Of a stretch of 64,000 nt of DNA, positions 41,871-55,227 are shown piece after piece. Under the pieces are notes generated by a model. It saw only the letters and a list, made by a program, of their open reading frames with translations, had not been told where the DNA came from and did not search any database. Source of the stretch: Octopus bimaculoides (lineage: Eukaryota); contig NC_068982.1 of assembly GCF_001194135.2 (NCBI RefSeq), positions 171,169,640 to 171,233,639 of the forward strand. Reading direction: 5' to 3'. Within the stretch, counting starts at the first letter, position 1; each line of letters starts with the position of its first letter. The position numbers were made by a program, and so were the translations under genes.

Positions 41871-42118
41871 GCGTTATTATAATTATTATTGTCATTACCA
41901 TTTAAACACGATTAAATCCAAATATCTTTATTTTGTGCTGTCCTGTGCCGTCCCCAATCTTTTATATAAACCCTCAGTAGTGAATAATGAAAATATTATT
42001 ATTGTTATATTATTTTTGTTATTATTATTACTATTATTACTATTAGTGGTGGTAATAGTAGTAGTACTGGTAGTAGCAGCATATGCACCAGTATTATCAT
42101 CATTATTATTATTATTAT

Positions 42119-42136
42119 TAGTAGTAGTAGTAGTAA

Positions 42137-42192
<56 letters not shown>

Positions 42193-42198
42193 ATAGTT

Positions 42199-42247
<49 letters not shown>

Positions 42248-42279
42248 CAACCTCAGCTGCAGCAGCAGCAGCAGCAGTG

Positions 42280-42322
<43 letters not shown>

Positions 42323-42337
42323 CAGTAGTAGTAGTAG
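42119..42337 (+). repeat. (GTA)n/(GCA)n compound microsatellite
   Basis: Directly visible. Confidence 0.97.
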
Positions 42338-43089
42338 TGTACTAAAGGATATTCTTTACAGCATGTTGTTTTGTTGTACACACTTCTGGAGTCGACTATA
42401 TATCTGTGTGTACGTATGTATATAATAACATACATACGCGCGCACGAGTGTGTGTGTGTGTGTGTGTGTGTGCGTGTGTGTGTGTGTGTGTGACCCAAAA
42501 TTATACAATAAACAAAAATCAAAAGATAAGAATAGGTGAGAGAACAACAAACATGGTGTATTAGTTTGACACTCAGGGAAAATGATAGAAGCCAGGAGCA
42601 GGGATTTATCTTGTCATTTCTTCATTCTTCAGTCCCTCGTGGTATCAGTTCTTCAACTCTCTTCATATAAAACCCACTTCCACACACATCTACACACTAA
42701 ACAACTCCAACATTCCACTGCCCCTCCTCGTCTACAATCCCCCAAACATTCTCTATATTGTTATATTCATTACCTACACTTCACACGCCATTATGCCCCT
42801 ATAGCTTATACATACACTCACACACACGCACACATAACAACATAAGGATTCTCGCTCCCTTCTTCATATGTACCTCCCAGCACTTACCTACATTGTCACT
42901 TGTATTCCACCTGACACTTCCATCCAGGTCGACCCACATACATCTTCGTACTGCCTATATACGTCAGATAGCCTCACAGAAACACATATAAACGCCTTTA
43001 CACACATATACATACGCACGGAACAGTGTCATTAATACACTTTATGTACACACACACACACACGCACACACACACACACACACACACTT

Positions 43090-43135
<46 letters not shown>

Positions 43136-43958
43136 ATGCGCACGCGAATTTGTCCGGCTGCTTCTTACGCACAGACTTAAAACGACACAGGACCACACCC
43201 GCACACACATACGCTATTCTCACAAAGCATACACACACACATTAGCTGCTACACACAGGTGTTTGCACTCACATCAGATAGCCTCGCACACATATACAAC
43301 ACACGTCCTCAAACAAGCATATACATACGTCCACAAACACGCATACATTACACATAAATACATGGCCGGGACACACACATCACACCAAATTCGCGCATGT
43401 ACTTATTCGCACACAGTGGACTCACACAAACACATACGCGCTCCCATACATACGCATACACATGCTCATATTATCTTCAAACTCAAATGCGTGTTACCCA
43501 AACACACACGCACACACACTCACTAAGATGCTCACCCATCATTTATTGACAAGCACACTTTATCCTCACATACAGAAAGATGTTTGGGCACATACACTTA
43601 ATCAGGTCACTGCTGTCTCCATTGCTACCTTTCTCTCCAAAACACATCCTTTCTTCTAGTTCAATAAATGCAACTGTTAATCCAGATGCATTTTACTTTC
43701 CATCCCCACTCCCTACAGCTGTTTTCTCTGCTCATTCCTTTCTGTAGAAGAACCAAAACTCGAAACATCAAAGACTTCTTCCATTTTCCTTGAGCTTCAA
43801 GCTAATATACCTTGTTTGTTATTCCCTCACTTCTCTCAGCCTTTCGTTGTTTGTGTTTTGTTTTTTTCTGCACAGTTTGAACCATATATATACACATGGG
43901 CGTACCAGATTGATCCTACCTGACTGTATGTATGTATGTATGTATGTATGTATGTATG

Positions 43959-43996
<38 letters not shown>

Positions 43997-44155
43997 ACTT
44001 TCTATCAATCTATCTATCTCACTGTCTCTCACTCTCTTTTTCTCACTCTCTCTCTCATACACACTCTCTCTCTAGCACTCCCTCTCTCTATCTGTATATT
44101 TATATGTGTGTGTGTGTGTGTGCGTGCGTGTGTGCGTGCGTGCGTGTGTGCGTGC

Positions 44156-44195
<40 letters not shown>

Positions 44196-44201
44196 TTTAT
44201 A

Positions 44202-45430
44202 TAGGGTGTCCCAAATTTAAGGCAACCAACTCTTTTCAATTTTGCTAAAGTAAAATATTGTTATATTTTGGGTCCGAACATTGCAATGCGATGGTAAAGG
44301 AAACACAATCGTGACACTACCACATTTATTCGATATCACCACCTCTGTTTCGAATCATAGCCTTAAGTCTAGGTTCGAATACTTCACACGTAGCATGCAG
44401 CACTTTTTGTAGAATGGAAGCCTATTCCTGGTGCAGTTTTGCTTTTACAGCGTTGAGCAAAGCATGAGGAGTGTTCGACGCGTCAGCTCCAAAATTGACC
44501 AAACAGAAAAATCCAATGGTTTGAGATCAGGATTTCTTGGTCGTCATACATCCTCGTCTATGAACAATGAAATGCTTTTCTGAATCCAGTGGTATGTCTG
44601 TTTGAAGCTGTGGGATGGTGCCGAGTCCTGTTGAAGGCTCCAAGTTGCGCCTAGAAGGTGTTCATTTGTTAATGGAAGCAGTTCAGCTTCCAGAATTTCG
44701 CTAGTATATCGATCAGTGTTAATTCTAACACCCAAGGGCACAAAAACGAGGCGGGACCTTTCAGCCACCCAAACTGACTAGATTTTGACATCGATTTCCG
44801 ACTCTACTCTCGACGGAGCCAGATACACATCAAATTCGCTCATTCTGGTGGTTTACTGTCAATTTGATGTCACATTTCTTTTCATCGGTGAACACCAGGC
44901 TGAGCAGCGTTCCTTCAGCAATCTGAGGCAGGATAAGACGACTTCTCTCCAGTCTCATAACCTTATAAACTTGCTTGAGCTCATGACGACGGATTATCTT
45001 TTAGGGGTGGGTCCTGAGATCCTCGTTCAGCACTTGCGTTGTAGCAGTCAGTTTTCTGACGGAAAGACGAGGATTTCGCTGTATCTTTTCCCTCATACTT
45101 TGATAAGCTGAGAGACCTGCGCGCTCCTATTTCGGCCGCATCCAAGTTGATCAGCGGTGGAACTAGTCTCTAGAAATTTCTTGGCAATATTCCATACTAG
45201 TTCGGTTAATTTTAAAGCTTTTTTGCTATAGCTGTATTACTTTCGCTTCCTTTGTGGAGGGTTATGATTGTATTTTGGTTTATAGCCATTATCTAATTTA
45301 TAAATCTGAATTTATTTAGTCCGAAACAGAAAGAAGCTTTTATAATGATGCATAATTTTCATATCGTATCACGTTCATTGATAGTTATTAAAGCCCCAAA
45401 CTTCGATTGCCTTAATTTCAGAACACCCTG
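44202..45430 (-). mobile_element. Near full-length DD37D (maT) Tc1/mariner transposon with degenerate transposase
   Basis: TIRs (t)AGGGTGTCCCAAATTTAAGGCAACC and reverse-complement CAGGGTGTTCTGAAATTAAGGCAATC, TA on both flanks. Minus-strand motifs LVFTDEKK, LQQDSAPSH and NPDLKPLDFSVW; counted 37 residues between the second and third D. Confidence 0.88.
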
Positions 45431-45694
45431 TATATATCGTCAATAATATTCCGCACATTTGGCTAGCTTTTTTTCCTTTAGTCTCGATGATGTGGTTTCG
45501 GTTTTTCGACCAATGGAATTCCTATTTGTAACATTAACGTGAAAATGTTCGTAGACGTTGCAGATCTGTATAAAGTTATAGTAATTCTAACACGAAACAA
45601 TATAGCATTGGGTAAAAAAAAATAAAAAGAAAAGTGGGCCTTTGAGTTTCAGTGCTATAAAATGGTGAGAGAGAAGGGATAGGAAAGTTAGCAT

Positions 45695-45830
45695 TACTCT
45701 TATCGACTTTGGAATTGATTAAATGCATCGTTAATCTGGACGTGATTTGAACTCAGAACACACATTGCATACACATTTTATTCGACCCGATGCGTTTACA
45801 ATTCTGCTAATTTGCTTACGTAGCCTAGGC
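45695..45830 (-). mobile_element. SINE family B, highly diverged fragment
   Basis: ggacgtgatttgaactcagaac...cgacccgatgcgtttacaattctgctaatttgc. Confidence 0.5.
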
Positions 45831-46783
45831 ATCATATTATTAACCATTATTATATTACTGCTTGTTGCAGTGGTTCTAGTAATATTTTTGTCGGTGGTTT
45901 TATTCTTACGGGAGGAAGCTGTACTCCAAAAGATAATCATAATGATGGTGGTGCTGGTGGACTTTCATTGCTAAAAATATTCGTATGGAATCCTTAAAAT
46001 ATAAACAGACATAGAGGGGAGATTGTAAGAAAGGGAGACGAGATGGGAATAACCAAAGATAAAAAACGAGGGAAGAGTAAAGAAACATTGAAATTGAGAT
46101 AGCTAGAGGAAGAAAATAAAATAAAGATATCAGAATTAATGAAAAGTTGAGATGCATTAAAGAAAGGAAACGAAAGAGTGAGAAAGAAAGAAAGAAAGAC
46201 AGATATAAAGAAAGAAAGATATAAAGAAAGAAAGAGGGAAAGAGAGAGACAGAAATAGAGAGAGAGAGACAGAGAGAAAATATGAGACGTAGAAAGACAA
46301 AAGGAAAGATAGCATATACACATATACATTAATGAACATCTGATTGTGTGCAGGTGTGTTATTGACATATTTATTAGAATTACAAGAAAGTATATAACAT
46401 TGGATGCACATTATATATTTCATTGTAATAAGAAATTCTAAAGTGGTTTTGAGTAGGAGTTTAATAATAGATTTGAAGTAGAGGCCTGAGATTTCGAAAA
46501 TTTACAGTAAACAACAAAAGTTTATTGACGATAGTTCCTTTGTAAAAAATTCAATTCTCAATTATAGGTTTCATTCGAAAGTTGCTGAGTGCTACAGCAT
46601 AAATCGTTGTTACTCAACGAATCGACACAGTCGTTTGTTTTCAGTTTCCGATTGGTGCCACATTGATTCAATTACGCAAAGAGTCCTCTTGAAAAACATG
46701 GATATACAGATATGCATTTCTTTCTAGTATTCTATATATTGTAGATCTTTCGCTGACATGAGAAATACATTATTGCATAATAC

Positions 46784-46837
<54 letters not shown>

Positions 46838-46881
46838 NNNNNNNNNNNNNNNNNNNNNNNNNNNNNNNNNNNNNNNNNNNN

Positions 46882-46922
<41 letters not shown>

Positions 46923-47759
46923 TAGACAGAGAGAGAGAAAGAGAATGAGAGAGGAGAGATAGATAGATATAGATATATAGATAGATATGTGTGTGTTTTT
47001 GAGCGTGCATTCCTATGTAGGTATGTGTACTTACACCCACGTCCATATATACACTCACAGTGAAGGGAAAAAGGAGGAATATTTCTTTGTATATCATTAT
47101 GGTGCAGTAACAGAATGTTAGCTATAAGAAAGTGTGGCTACAATGAAATCTAATAAACATCCAAGGTTATGTATGCAAAATAACTAAGGAAATACAAACA
47201 TTAATATTAGAATAATATCAATTTAGCATAAATATCTACATCCATATACACACATGCAATATAATTATAAAAGTATTTTAGAACTTCTCATAGTGCCACA
47301 ATAACATATTTCTCACATGCGCTTACACAGTCCCATACGCAAGGAAATTTTCGTCCTGCAATGTCGTCTTCCGGGTATGAGTCGACTTGCCTTTATTGCC
47401 TTCAAATTTTAATTTGAAAAATTCGAATTCTATGCTAGAAAATACGGTGGGCTTCTTTGAAATTATTTTTCAAATTGTGTTCTTTGCAGAATTCAAACCG
47501 GTTACTAACACAGTAGTATGTTTTTTTTTTCCTTAAGTCAAGACAGTACCTGTGTAGATTTATGTATGCTTGTGTTCGTGAGTGTCATGTGTGCCGTGTG
47601 TATATGAGGGCGTGTGGATAAGCTGTGTGAGTAAGCCTACACTCGCGGGTGTTCGCGTCATGATAGCACACAAATGTATATTTCATTGTTGTCTATGTCT
47701 ATGTCACCGCGTATAAATTGTCACTCAGAAGCTTCAAACTGAGATATCCGGATTATTAT

Positions 47760-49800
47760 TTTTTTCCTGTTTCGTGAATATTCACTTTTCCTCTGATCCC
47801 TTATATCTGGAGAAAATGAATTAATCTGCTGTGTTTTAATCTGCTGTGTTTTCTTGGGAGGTACTTAGGCATTTCCATATGTCTAAGTAGGTCTGTTGCT
47901 ATGGAACTCAAGGCATCTATGATAATAGGAACAAATGAAAATCTATAACCTGGATATAAGAAACTGTAGGGGTTTCATCAATTATCTATAGATCTTCTCG
48001 TCTCCAATTTTTGAAGGGTATATTCACATCTGCTGGGTAACAGAACTCCATAACGGTGCATAAAGTTTGCTCTCTCTCCCATTCAACTAAATCTGTCCTG
48101 TTATGTTTATGACGAGTTGCAGTTTTTTATTAGAATGTTCTGCAAGTGTTCTTTATATGTATAGGTGTGGATAATTTCTGTTCTGGTGTCAGGATTATCG
48201 TTCCTGCGTGATGCATAGTAGATCATCTTAGCGATATTTTTGAACAGCTACTGAAGATATGAGTGATATATTCTACACTAGTATGGCACAATCGGCACTT
48301 TCTATTACAACGTGCAGGTTCAAAAGCACTTTTCTCTCGTTTGTTGATATTTCGTTGCTATATTTTGTTTGCTGGATGCGAATAGCATAGTCTTTTTGGT
48401 GAAATATAATGTACGCATCACTGCTACCGTGCTCCAACTTGCGGGATATGTTTTCATGCATACTTTCTGCTGCTATCATTAACATTTCTCTTTCAAGTCT
48501 CTATTTAAATAGATTAGTCCAGCCATCTTGAGATATCTCATGGTTTTATTGACTTCGTTGTTAAGTATACATATAATGTACACGACTTTGCTTTTCTTCT
48601 CAGTAGGTGTTGTTCAAGTGACACATTGGGGCACTCAAATGCCGTTTTGACTGATCTATTATCTCTAAATATACCCGCCCTGCGTTTAACATAGATCCAG
48701 TCACTGTTGTTGTTGATGTGGACGCTACCTGTCATCGTTTGTCTCCTGCTAGCCCAGATCGCCAAGTCGCAAATTTCATCAAGTGTTCAGTCTAATATCC
48801 TAAACATTGATACTATCACTACCACACTGTAAAAGTATTGTGGAGTATAGTTTAATTGCATGTACACTTCTCTGACTTCCATATCTTCCAAAGTTTGCTG
48901 AAATGTTCTTTTTCTGCTTTAGCTTTACTCACAGCACCAACATATGCAGCATACACATCGATCCCAAAAAATTTGTAACATTCACCACTGGTGATAGGGG
49001 AAATACGCAGGCCATTGATATTCATATTCTTTCCTGGTCGACAGCCTTTCTTCATTTGACTGCCAGCTGTGAACACTTACCCTGTCCAAATTTCATTCCT
49101 AAGTCTCGTGAAAATGTGACATGTTCCAACTACTTCTTGGTGACATGAGTATTACTCAACATAGTTTAAAGTCATCAACGAAAGACATTTTTGGTGAATT
49201 TAATCTTCCATCTACAGTTACTATCATGCAGTACTCTATTTCCTTAACAAGGCGGAAAAGGAGATCACTATTAGGACAAAATGCATTACGGATGAACTGC
49301 CACACTAAAATAATTCTTACGAGTCTAATTCTCTTAGTGAATTTAACAGAAGCCTCGGCTCTTAGCAACAGCTCTGTGGACCATATTGTCAGCCTCTTAA
49401 TGTCACTTGATATAGAAAATCTTAGCAATGGGGAGTAGCTCTATAATCCTTGAGTTTGAAACAGAATCAAACGCTTTCTAAGAACCTTGCAGGTTTCGGC
49501 AACGTTAAGAACTGTTTTGTTGATGAGGAGTTGTCCGAAACAGCACGCCCTCTTGTTTGCCATCTCCAAGCTCTTCAGCCTCTACATTGCAATTTCGGAG
49601 TGAACGCATTCAAGTTACCCGTGTATAATGGTTAAATCACATCCTGAGATTCACAAATTTCTCCCGATATTTCTGCAGCCTGCAATATCTGACCCCTGCC
49701 TCTTGTGCTGCCATGGTGTATACAGTAGTAATTCCACTTGTTGAGTTTGTTTTAATTTTCACCGCTTCATTACTGCTATGATTTTCTATGCAAAAGGTGA
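47760..49800 (-). mobile_element. R4/Dong-clade retrotransposon, ~2-kb degenerate fragment (RT C-terminal half to RLE)
   Basis: Minus strand: FVDDFKL (RT active-site motif, 49171-49182), ISPITSGECYKFFGI, KLWKIWKSE, RRQTMTGSVHINNNSDWIYVKR, and PIIIDALSSIATDLLRHM near the end; many stops. Confidence 0.8.
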
Positions 49801-51424
49801 TTGATCTCATTTTTTCCAAAAGGTGACAAATGTTTTTAGCACATGAGTTATATAAATGTCAAATCTTCTTGAGGATAGTGTCCTTTACAGAAAGATGGAA
49901 GATGAATAATCTCCTTGTGCCGAAATGACGTATTAGTAACATTTCTTTACAAAGATTTACTTTCACATTGATGAGGGAAGCGGAAAGCAAACATGTGGAA
50001 GTTCTCAGTGAGTCAATGAATTTTATTTAGTTTCTGTACTTGAAAATGATTGTTCCGATTGACTATATCCAGGTATTGCAAAAAGAATTTCCGCCTATAC
50101 GTGTACTTAATCTTCATGTAAGCACTGCACTATGACATTACAGCGATGAGCTATACTGAGATATTTCAATTAAAATTAAGTTATTTCCTGCTATTGACAA
50201 TGCACAGCTTGCAGTCACGGTTAATAAATGGTAGAGCCTACCTAGCTCTAAGCCTTATCACAGAAACGCATTAACATTTGTGTTGTAGTAAACGGCTCCC
50301 TTGTAAAATTAACATGCATTTCTTTGAGTAATAATGTTGAACCAGTATTTTACGTAGTGGTGAGTCTACTGCGTAAAGGAAACACATTCTGACATAAAGG
50401 AAGCACATCACTTCTATCACCAACGTATTTTCAACGTTTCCTAATTTTCTTGGTCAATACCTATGAGCCATGATAGACATTGTGGTGACTAAACAAGGCA
50501 ATGATACTCATATATGCAATTTATTGTCTCTTCACATCAGAAATTCAAAATGTCTTTTAATATCTGCGACAGGTATTTTTGTCGAAACGTAGGACATATC
50601 TGAAAACATTATTTTGTCGATGGCATATAATCTGCGACATTTTAGTTTTACTGTTAGGAATTCTGTCATGCAATTTAAATTTTGAAGTAACATGCATATC
50701 CTTTAAATATGTATAAGAAACCTCATACATTTTGGACCCTGCAACATTGATTTAAAACTCTTTCAAACGTATCATAATATTTATTACCTTGAAGTATCAG
50801 TTCATTGAAACGGGAAATATCCTTGTAGCTTAAAAATAATTCCTAGTCGGCGTTTCATTAATATAAGTATAAAACTTCTTGAACACCAAGAATACATCTA
50901 GCATTGAGAGAAGATTATAGTCAGAAATATATTGGCGGTTTACCTGTACCAGCGAACCATATAATTTTAGTATTGAAAAACACGTTGTTTCTCTATAACC
51001 TAGTCGTTCAGCGTCCACGTACTATACCGTATAGTGGAAGAAATATGTTGGTGATGGAAATAGTTCACTAAAAAGATAATGGAGAAGCTCAATAATTGTA
51101 TTTCTCTCAAATTATCAAATGTCTGCCCCCGACCAAAGAAATAAAGAGCTAGCAAATTTTAGCACAAACTAAATTTATTTATAAGGTAAAAATACTATTT
51201 GCGCACACCTATCTCTTTTCAACGTTTAAAATTCTTAAAACCGTCTTAGATTTATTGAACATGCAAATTAGCTGCCCTCTTTTCAATGTTCTCATCACAG
51301 CCATCCACCTGCAATAACAAAAAAAGCAGTCTTATGAAATGATCTGTTGACTTGGGGTAAGCCTTAACACAACACGACAATATGCATACACGCACCCACA
51401 TTTACATTTATATGTGTACACACA

Positions 51425-51547
51425 CACACACGCGCGCGCATACACACTCGTACACACACGTGTAACTACAATCACTTACAGATGCACACACACGCGCGCA
51501 TACACACTCGTACACACACGTGTAAATAAGATCACTCACAGATGCAC
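51425..51547 (+). repeat. 60-bp tandem duplication
   Basis: cacacacgcgcgcatacacactcgtacacacacgtgtaa...atcact.acagatgca repeated with an exact 60-bp period. Confidence 0.93.
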
Positions 51548-51683
51548 TCATAAAATGCCTATAAGTACACACGCATGAACATAAATAAATGCATATCTAT
51601 ATATGCATGTACAAACATATATGTGTATGCGATAGAGTATTTTAGCGACTCAGAAGAGAAAACTCGAGATAGATAGATAGATC

Positions 51684-51732
<49 letters not shown>

Positions 51733-51794
51733 GTAGATAGATAGATAGATAGATAGATAGAATACAACATAGCAGCAGGTAGAAATATACGGAA

Positions 51795-52095
51795 ATAATG
51801 CTGAAATCGTGTCTTTGAAATAATGAAATTAAAATTTTAGAAAACATTACTAGGTCGTTGGAATGTGGTTTAAACTATTTACGAAGTAAAAATACTTCAC
51901 GAACATATGGAAGAAAATATATTTATTTTTAAAAAAAAAGCAAAATTTAAAAAAATAAGAAATTTAAATCAGTAATCCACACACGCAGAAATGTAAATGC
52001 ATTTGGGTCAAAGTGAATTCACTTGACTAAATATATTTTTAACTTCAGTTTCAATTACGAAAATTGAGTGAAGAAACAGGTAAATGTAATTATTT
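51795..52095 (+). repeat. Diverged ~300-bp direct repeat, copy 1 (partner 53790-54070)
   Basis: Shared collinear blocks: aatgctgaa.tcgt.tc.ttgaaataa, taggtcgttg.aat, taaatgcatttgggtcaaa (19 bp identical), cttgactaaatata, aaattgagt.aagaaacag.taaatgtaattat. Confidence 0.85.
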
Positions 52096-52236
52096 CACTG
52101 CGTCTTTGTACATGCATTTATACACGCGCACACACGTGTGTTTCTATATTCGAATGTGTATGCGTGAGTATGTTCGAGTGTGTATATGTGAGTGCGTGAG
52201 TTAATCTATAACCGTATATATATANNNNNNNNNNNN

Positions 52237-52283
<47 letters not shown>

Positions 52284-52507
52284 GTGTGTGTGTGTATGTA
52301 TGTATGTATATCTATATATATATATGAAAGTGATAGAGAAACGAAAGACGAAGACAGGTGTATGACCAAGAAGCAAGTGAATTAGTTTGACGCTCAGGAA
52401 AATGAAAAAGTCTTTTACGTTTCGAACCTACGCTTTTGAACAGGAAGGAATAAGAGAAAATAAACAGAGAGAGAGAATGAAAAAACTTCTAGATTGCAGC
52501 GGCCCAG

Positions 52508-52988
52508 CTATTATAATAGTATTATAATAGTCTTTCAATATATTACAATATAGGTGTCTATGGGAATTAAAACTAAGAAAGCAAAATTCATAAATAAGGA
52601 TTGAACGGTTCGGCGTTTTTTTTTCTCTTATGAGCAAATGGGAAACCAACTATTTCTTTAACCCGGCGTGAATTGCGGAAACCCCTGACGAGAAACAAGA
52701 CCATGCTGGTTAAATCTCAAAATAACGTGATAGAGTTTTATCAAACTACTTCATTCTGTGAGTTTATCTCAGAGAAGAAAGATGTTGTGGCTTGCTGCTC
52801 GCAGTGGATGAAAATCTCATGAGGTTGGTGATTTTGTGTAGCTATTCGAGTCATATATTTTAGCGCTCATTTCTAGCAATTGCACGTACTATGTGCACCC
52901 TTATTTATGAATTTTGCCTTTTTAGTTTTAATTGTTTTAACTACTTATATTATAACATATTTCAATATATCATAATATATCATGATAA
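52508..52988. repeat. Inverted-repeat cassette (~90-bp arms around a ~300-bp core)
   Basis: 52565-52599 and 52899-52933 are reverse complements at 33 of 35 positions; weaker complementarity continues outward to about 52508 and 52988. Confidence 0.85.
52678..52739 (+). ncRNA. Degenerate type I hammerhead ribozyme-like motif inside the inverted-repeat cassette
   Basis: Stem I GAAACCC/GAGTTTT (6 of 7), CUGACGA 52685-52691, stem II closed by G-C with distal GACCA/TGGTT hairpin, AAAA in place of GAAA (CpG to CpA), near-palindrome ATAACGTGAT, AUA triplet. Confidence 0.5.
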
Positions 52989-53789
52989 GATAGGTTTCTT
53001 TATTAGCCACACAGGGCTCAACACAGAGGGGNNNNNNNNNNNNNNNNNNNNNNNNNNNNNNNNNNNNNNNNNNNNNNNNNNNNNNNNNNNNNNNNNNNNN
53101 NNNNNNNNNNNNNNNNNNNNNNNNNNNNNNNTATGTATGTATCTATGTATATGTATATATATATATATATAAATATATATATACACACATATATACACAT
53201 ATACATATATATATGTATATGTATATATGAGCGATTAAGCGAAATTAGCGAATGACATTCCGCATTTTGTTAACTAGAGTTATTTAACTATATAAAGATC
53301 TTTCTTAACGTAATTACTTCTAGAATTTGTATCTGATTAGATTGTAAATTCTACTGACATTTTTCCCGACAGTTATATACGCATGCACACTCATACACAC
53401 GTATATTTCCATATATAAACAAACAAAGGCTGACATAGACATACATAGATACGTTGGCAAATCAAAACTTCGAAGTACCTGTCAAGTTATTCTGTGTGAA
53501 GATGCATGTTGGTGCGTGCGTGTCTCTCGGTGTAACGATGATTTACAAAATTTAGGCACTCGCAAACACACATTTATACATTATACACGCTAACGACACA
53601 AAGACACACACACACACACACACCTGTGTGTTGTATATACGCGCCCGTTTGTAACTGTGTGCGTCTTTGAAATCTAGGAGTCACGGTACATGTAGGTACA
53701 TGGAAAGATAGATACTTGGGAGAATAAGAGAAAGAATGAGGAAGAAGATGGGGGAGAAAGAAGAAAGAGGGTTGGTTTATAGATCGAAA

Positions 53790-54070
53790 AATGCTGAATT
53801 CGTATCCTTGAAATAACATTAAAATTAGAATTTTTAATAGAATTTGTAGGTCGTTGAAATTTCGTTTTAACAATTTATGAAGTGAAAATACCTGATGAAA
53901 GTATGTAATAAACGAATACGTATAGAATAAATAGAATTTCCAATGAGGGATTCAAACATGCGAAACATAAATGCATTTGGGTCAAAATGAATTTTCTTGA
54001 CTAAATATAGTTTAAACTTCATTTTAAATGACAGAAATTGAGTAAAGAAACAGATAAATGTAATTATATA
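53790..54070 (+). repeat. Diverged ~300-bp direct repeat, copy 2
   Basis: See 51795-52095; offset about 1974 bp. Confidence 0.85.
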
Positions 54071-54457
54071 AATGTCTCATGTATTCTTCGTTAAANNNNN
54101 NNNNNNNNNNNNNNNNNNNNNNNNNNNNNNNNNNNNNNNNNNNNNNNNNNNNNNNNNNNNNNNNNNNNNNNNNNNNNNNNNNNNNNNNNNNNNNNNNNNN
54201 NNNNNNNNNNNNNNNNNNNNNNNNNNNNNNNNNNNNNNNNNNNNNNNNNNNNNNNNNNNNNNNNNNNNNNNNNNNNNNNNNNNNNNNNNNNNNNNNNNNN
54301 NNNNNNNNNNNNNNNNNNNNNNNNNNNNNNNNNNNNNNNNNNNNNNNNNNNNNNNNNNNNNNNNNNNNNNNNNNNNNNNNNNNNNNNNNNNNNNNNNNNN
54401 NNNNNNNNNNNNNNNNNNNNNNNNNNNNNNNNNNNNNNNNNNNNNNNNNNNNNNNNN

Positions 54458-54517
<60 letters not shown>

Positions 54518-54786
54518 AGAGAGAGTTCTGCGAGTGTCTTTCCATGTGAGATACGTAGTTAGAATGACTAAATGCGTTGCTATCTCCATAGTTTGAGATT
54601 GTTCTGTCATGCTTTTGTTTTTTCTACGTTTTCATCTAGTTTATTTCTGTTTACACTATTTTCGTTTTTTTTTATTTTGCATTGATTATATTGCCTTAGT
54701 TTCTATTTCTTACCTCATTCTTGAGATATTGACTTCTCTTTTTTACAAGAACATTCACTGCACTTCTCTCTCCGTCCCCTCCTCCA

Positions 54787-54821
<35 letters not shown>

Positions 54822-55192
54822 CTCAGTATCTCTCACATTCTAACTTTCTCCGCCAAATCTCCCTCGAGATTCGCCATATTAAATATTTAGCCTCCAATAA
54901 TGCTAAAAGTTGCAGTTCTAATTTTAATTCTCACTTCGGTTTCATCTCGTTTCCTCTTAAGAAGAAAATAGCTATATATGTAGGAGCATACGTGCGTGAG
55001 TGTATGAGTGTTTATAAAAGCATACACATATACATACGTATATATGTAAGTACATAGATGCTTACACGCAAAGGATAAATATACATGCGTATATACATAG
55101 CTACTTACGTACATAAATGTGTGTGCTCGTGCTAGTTAACATAGCAATACGAACAAAAATATGCCCATATATATTTTACATCTAAATTCTTC

Positions 55193-55227
<35 letters not shown>

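Noticed and set aside
50563-50592. GACAGG/UUUGUC-GAAA-CG-UA half-hammerhead
   Set aside because: The CUGANGA strand is missing (only CTGC) and stem I does not form.
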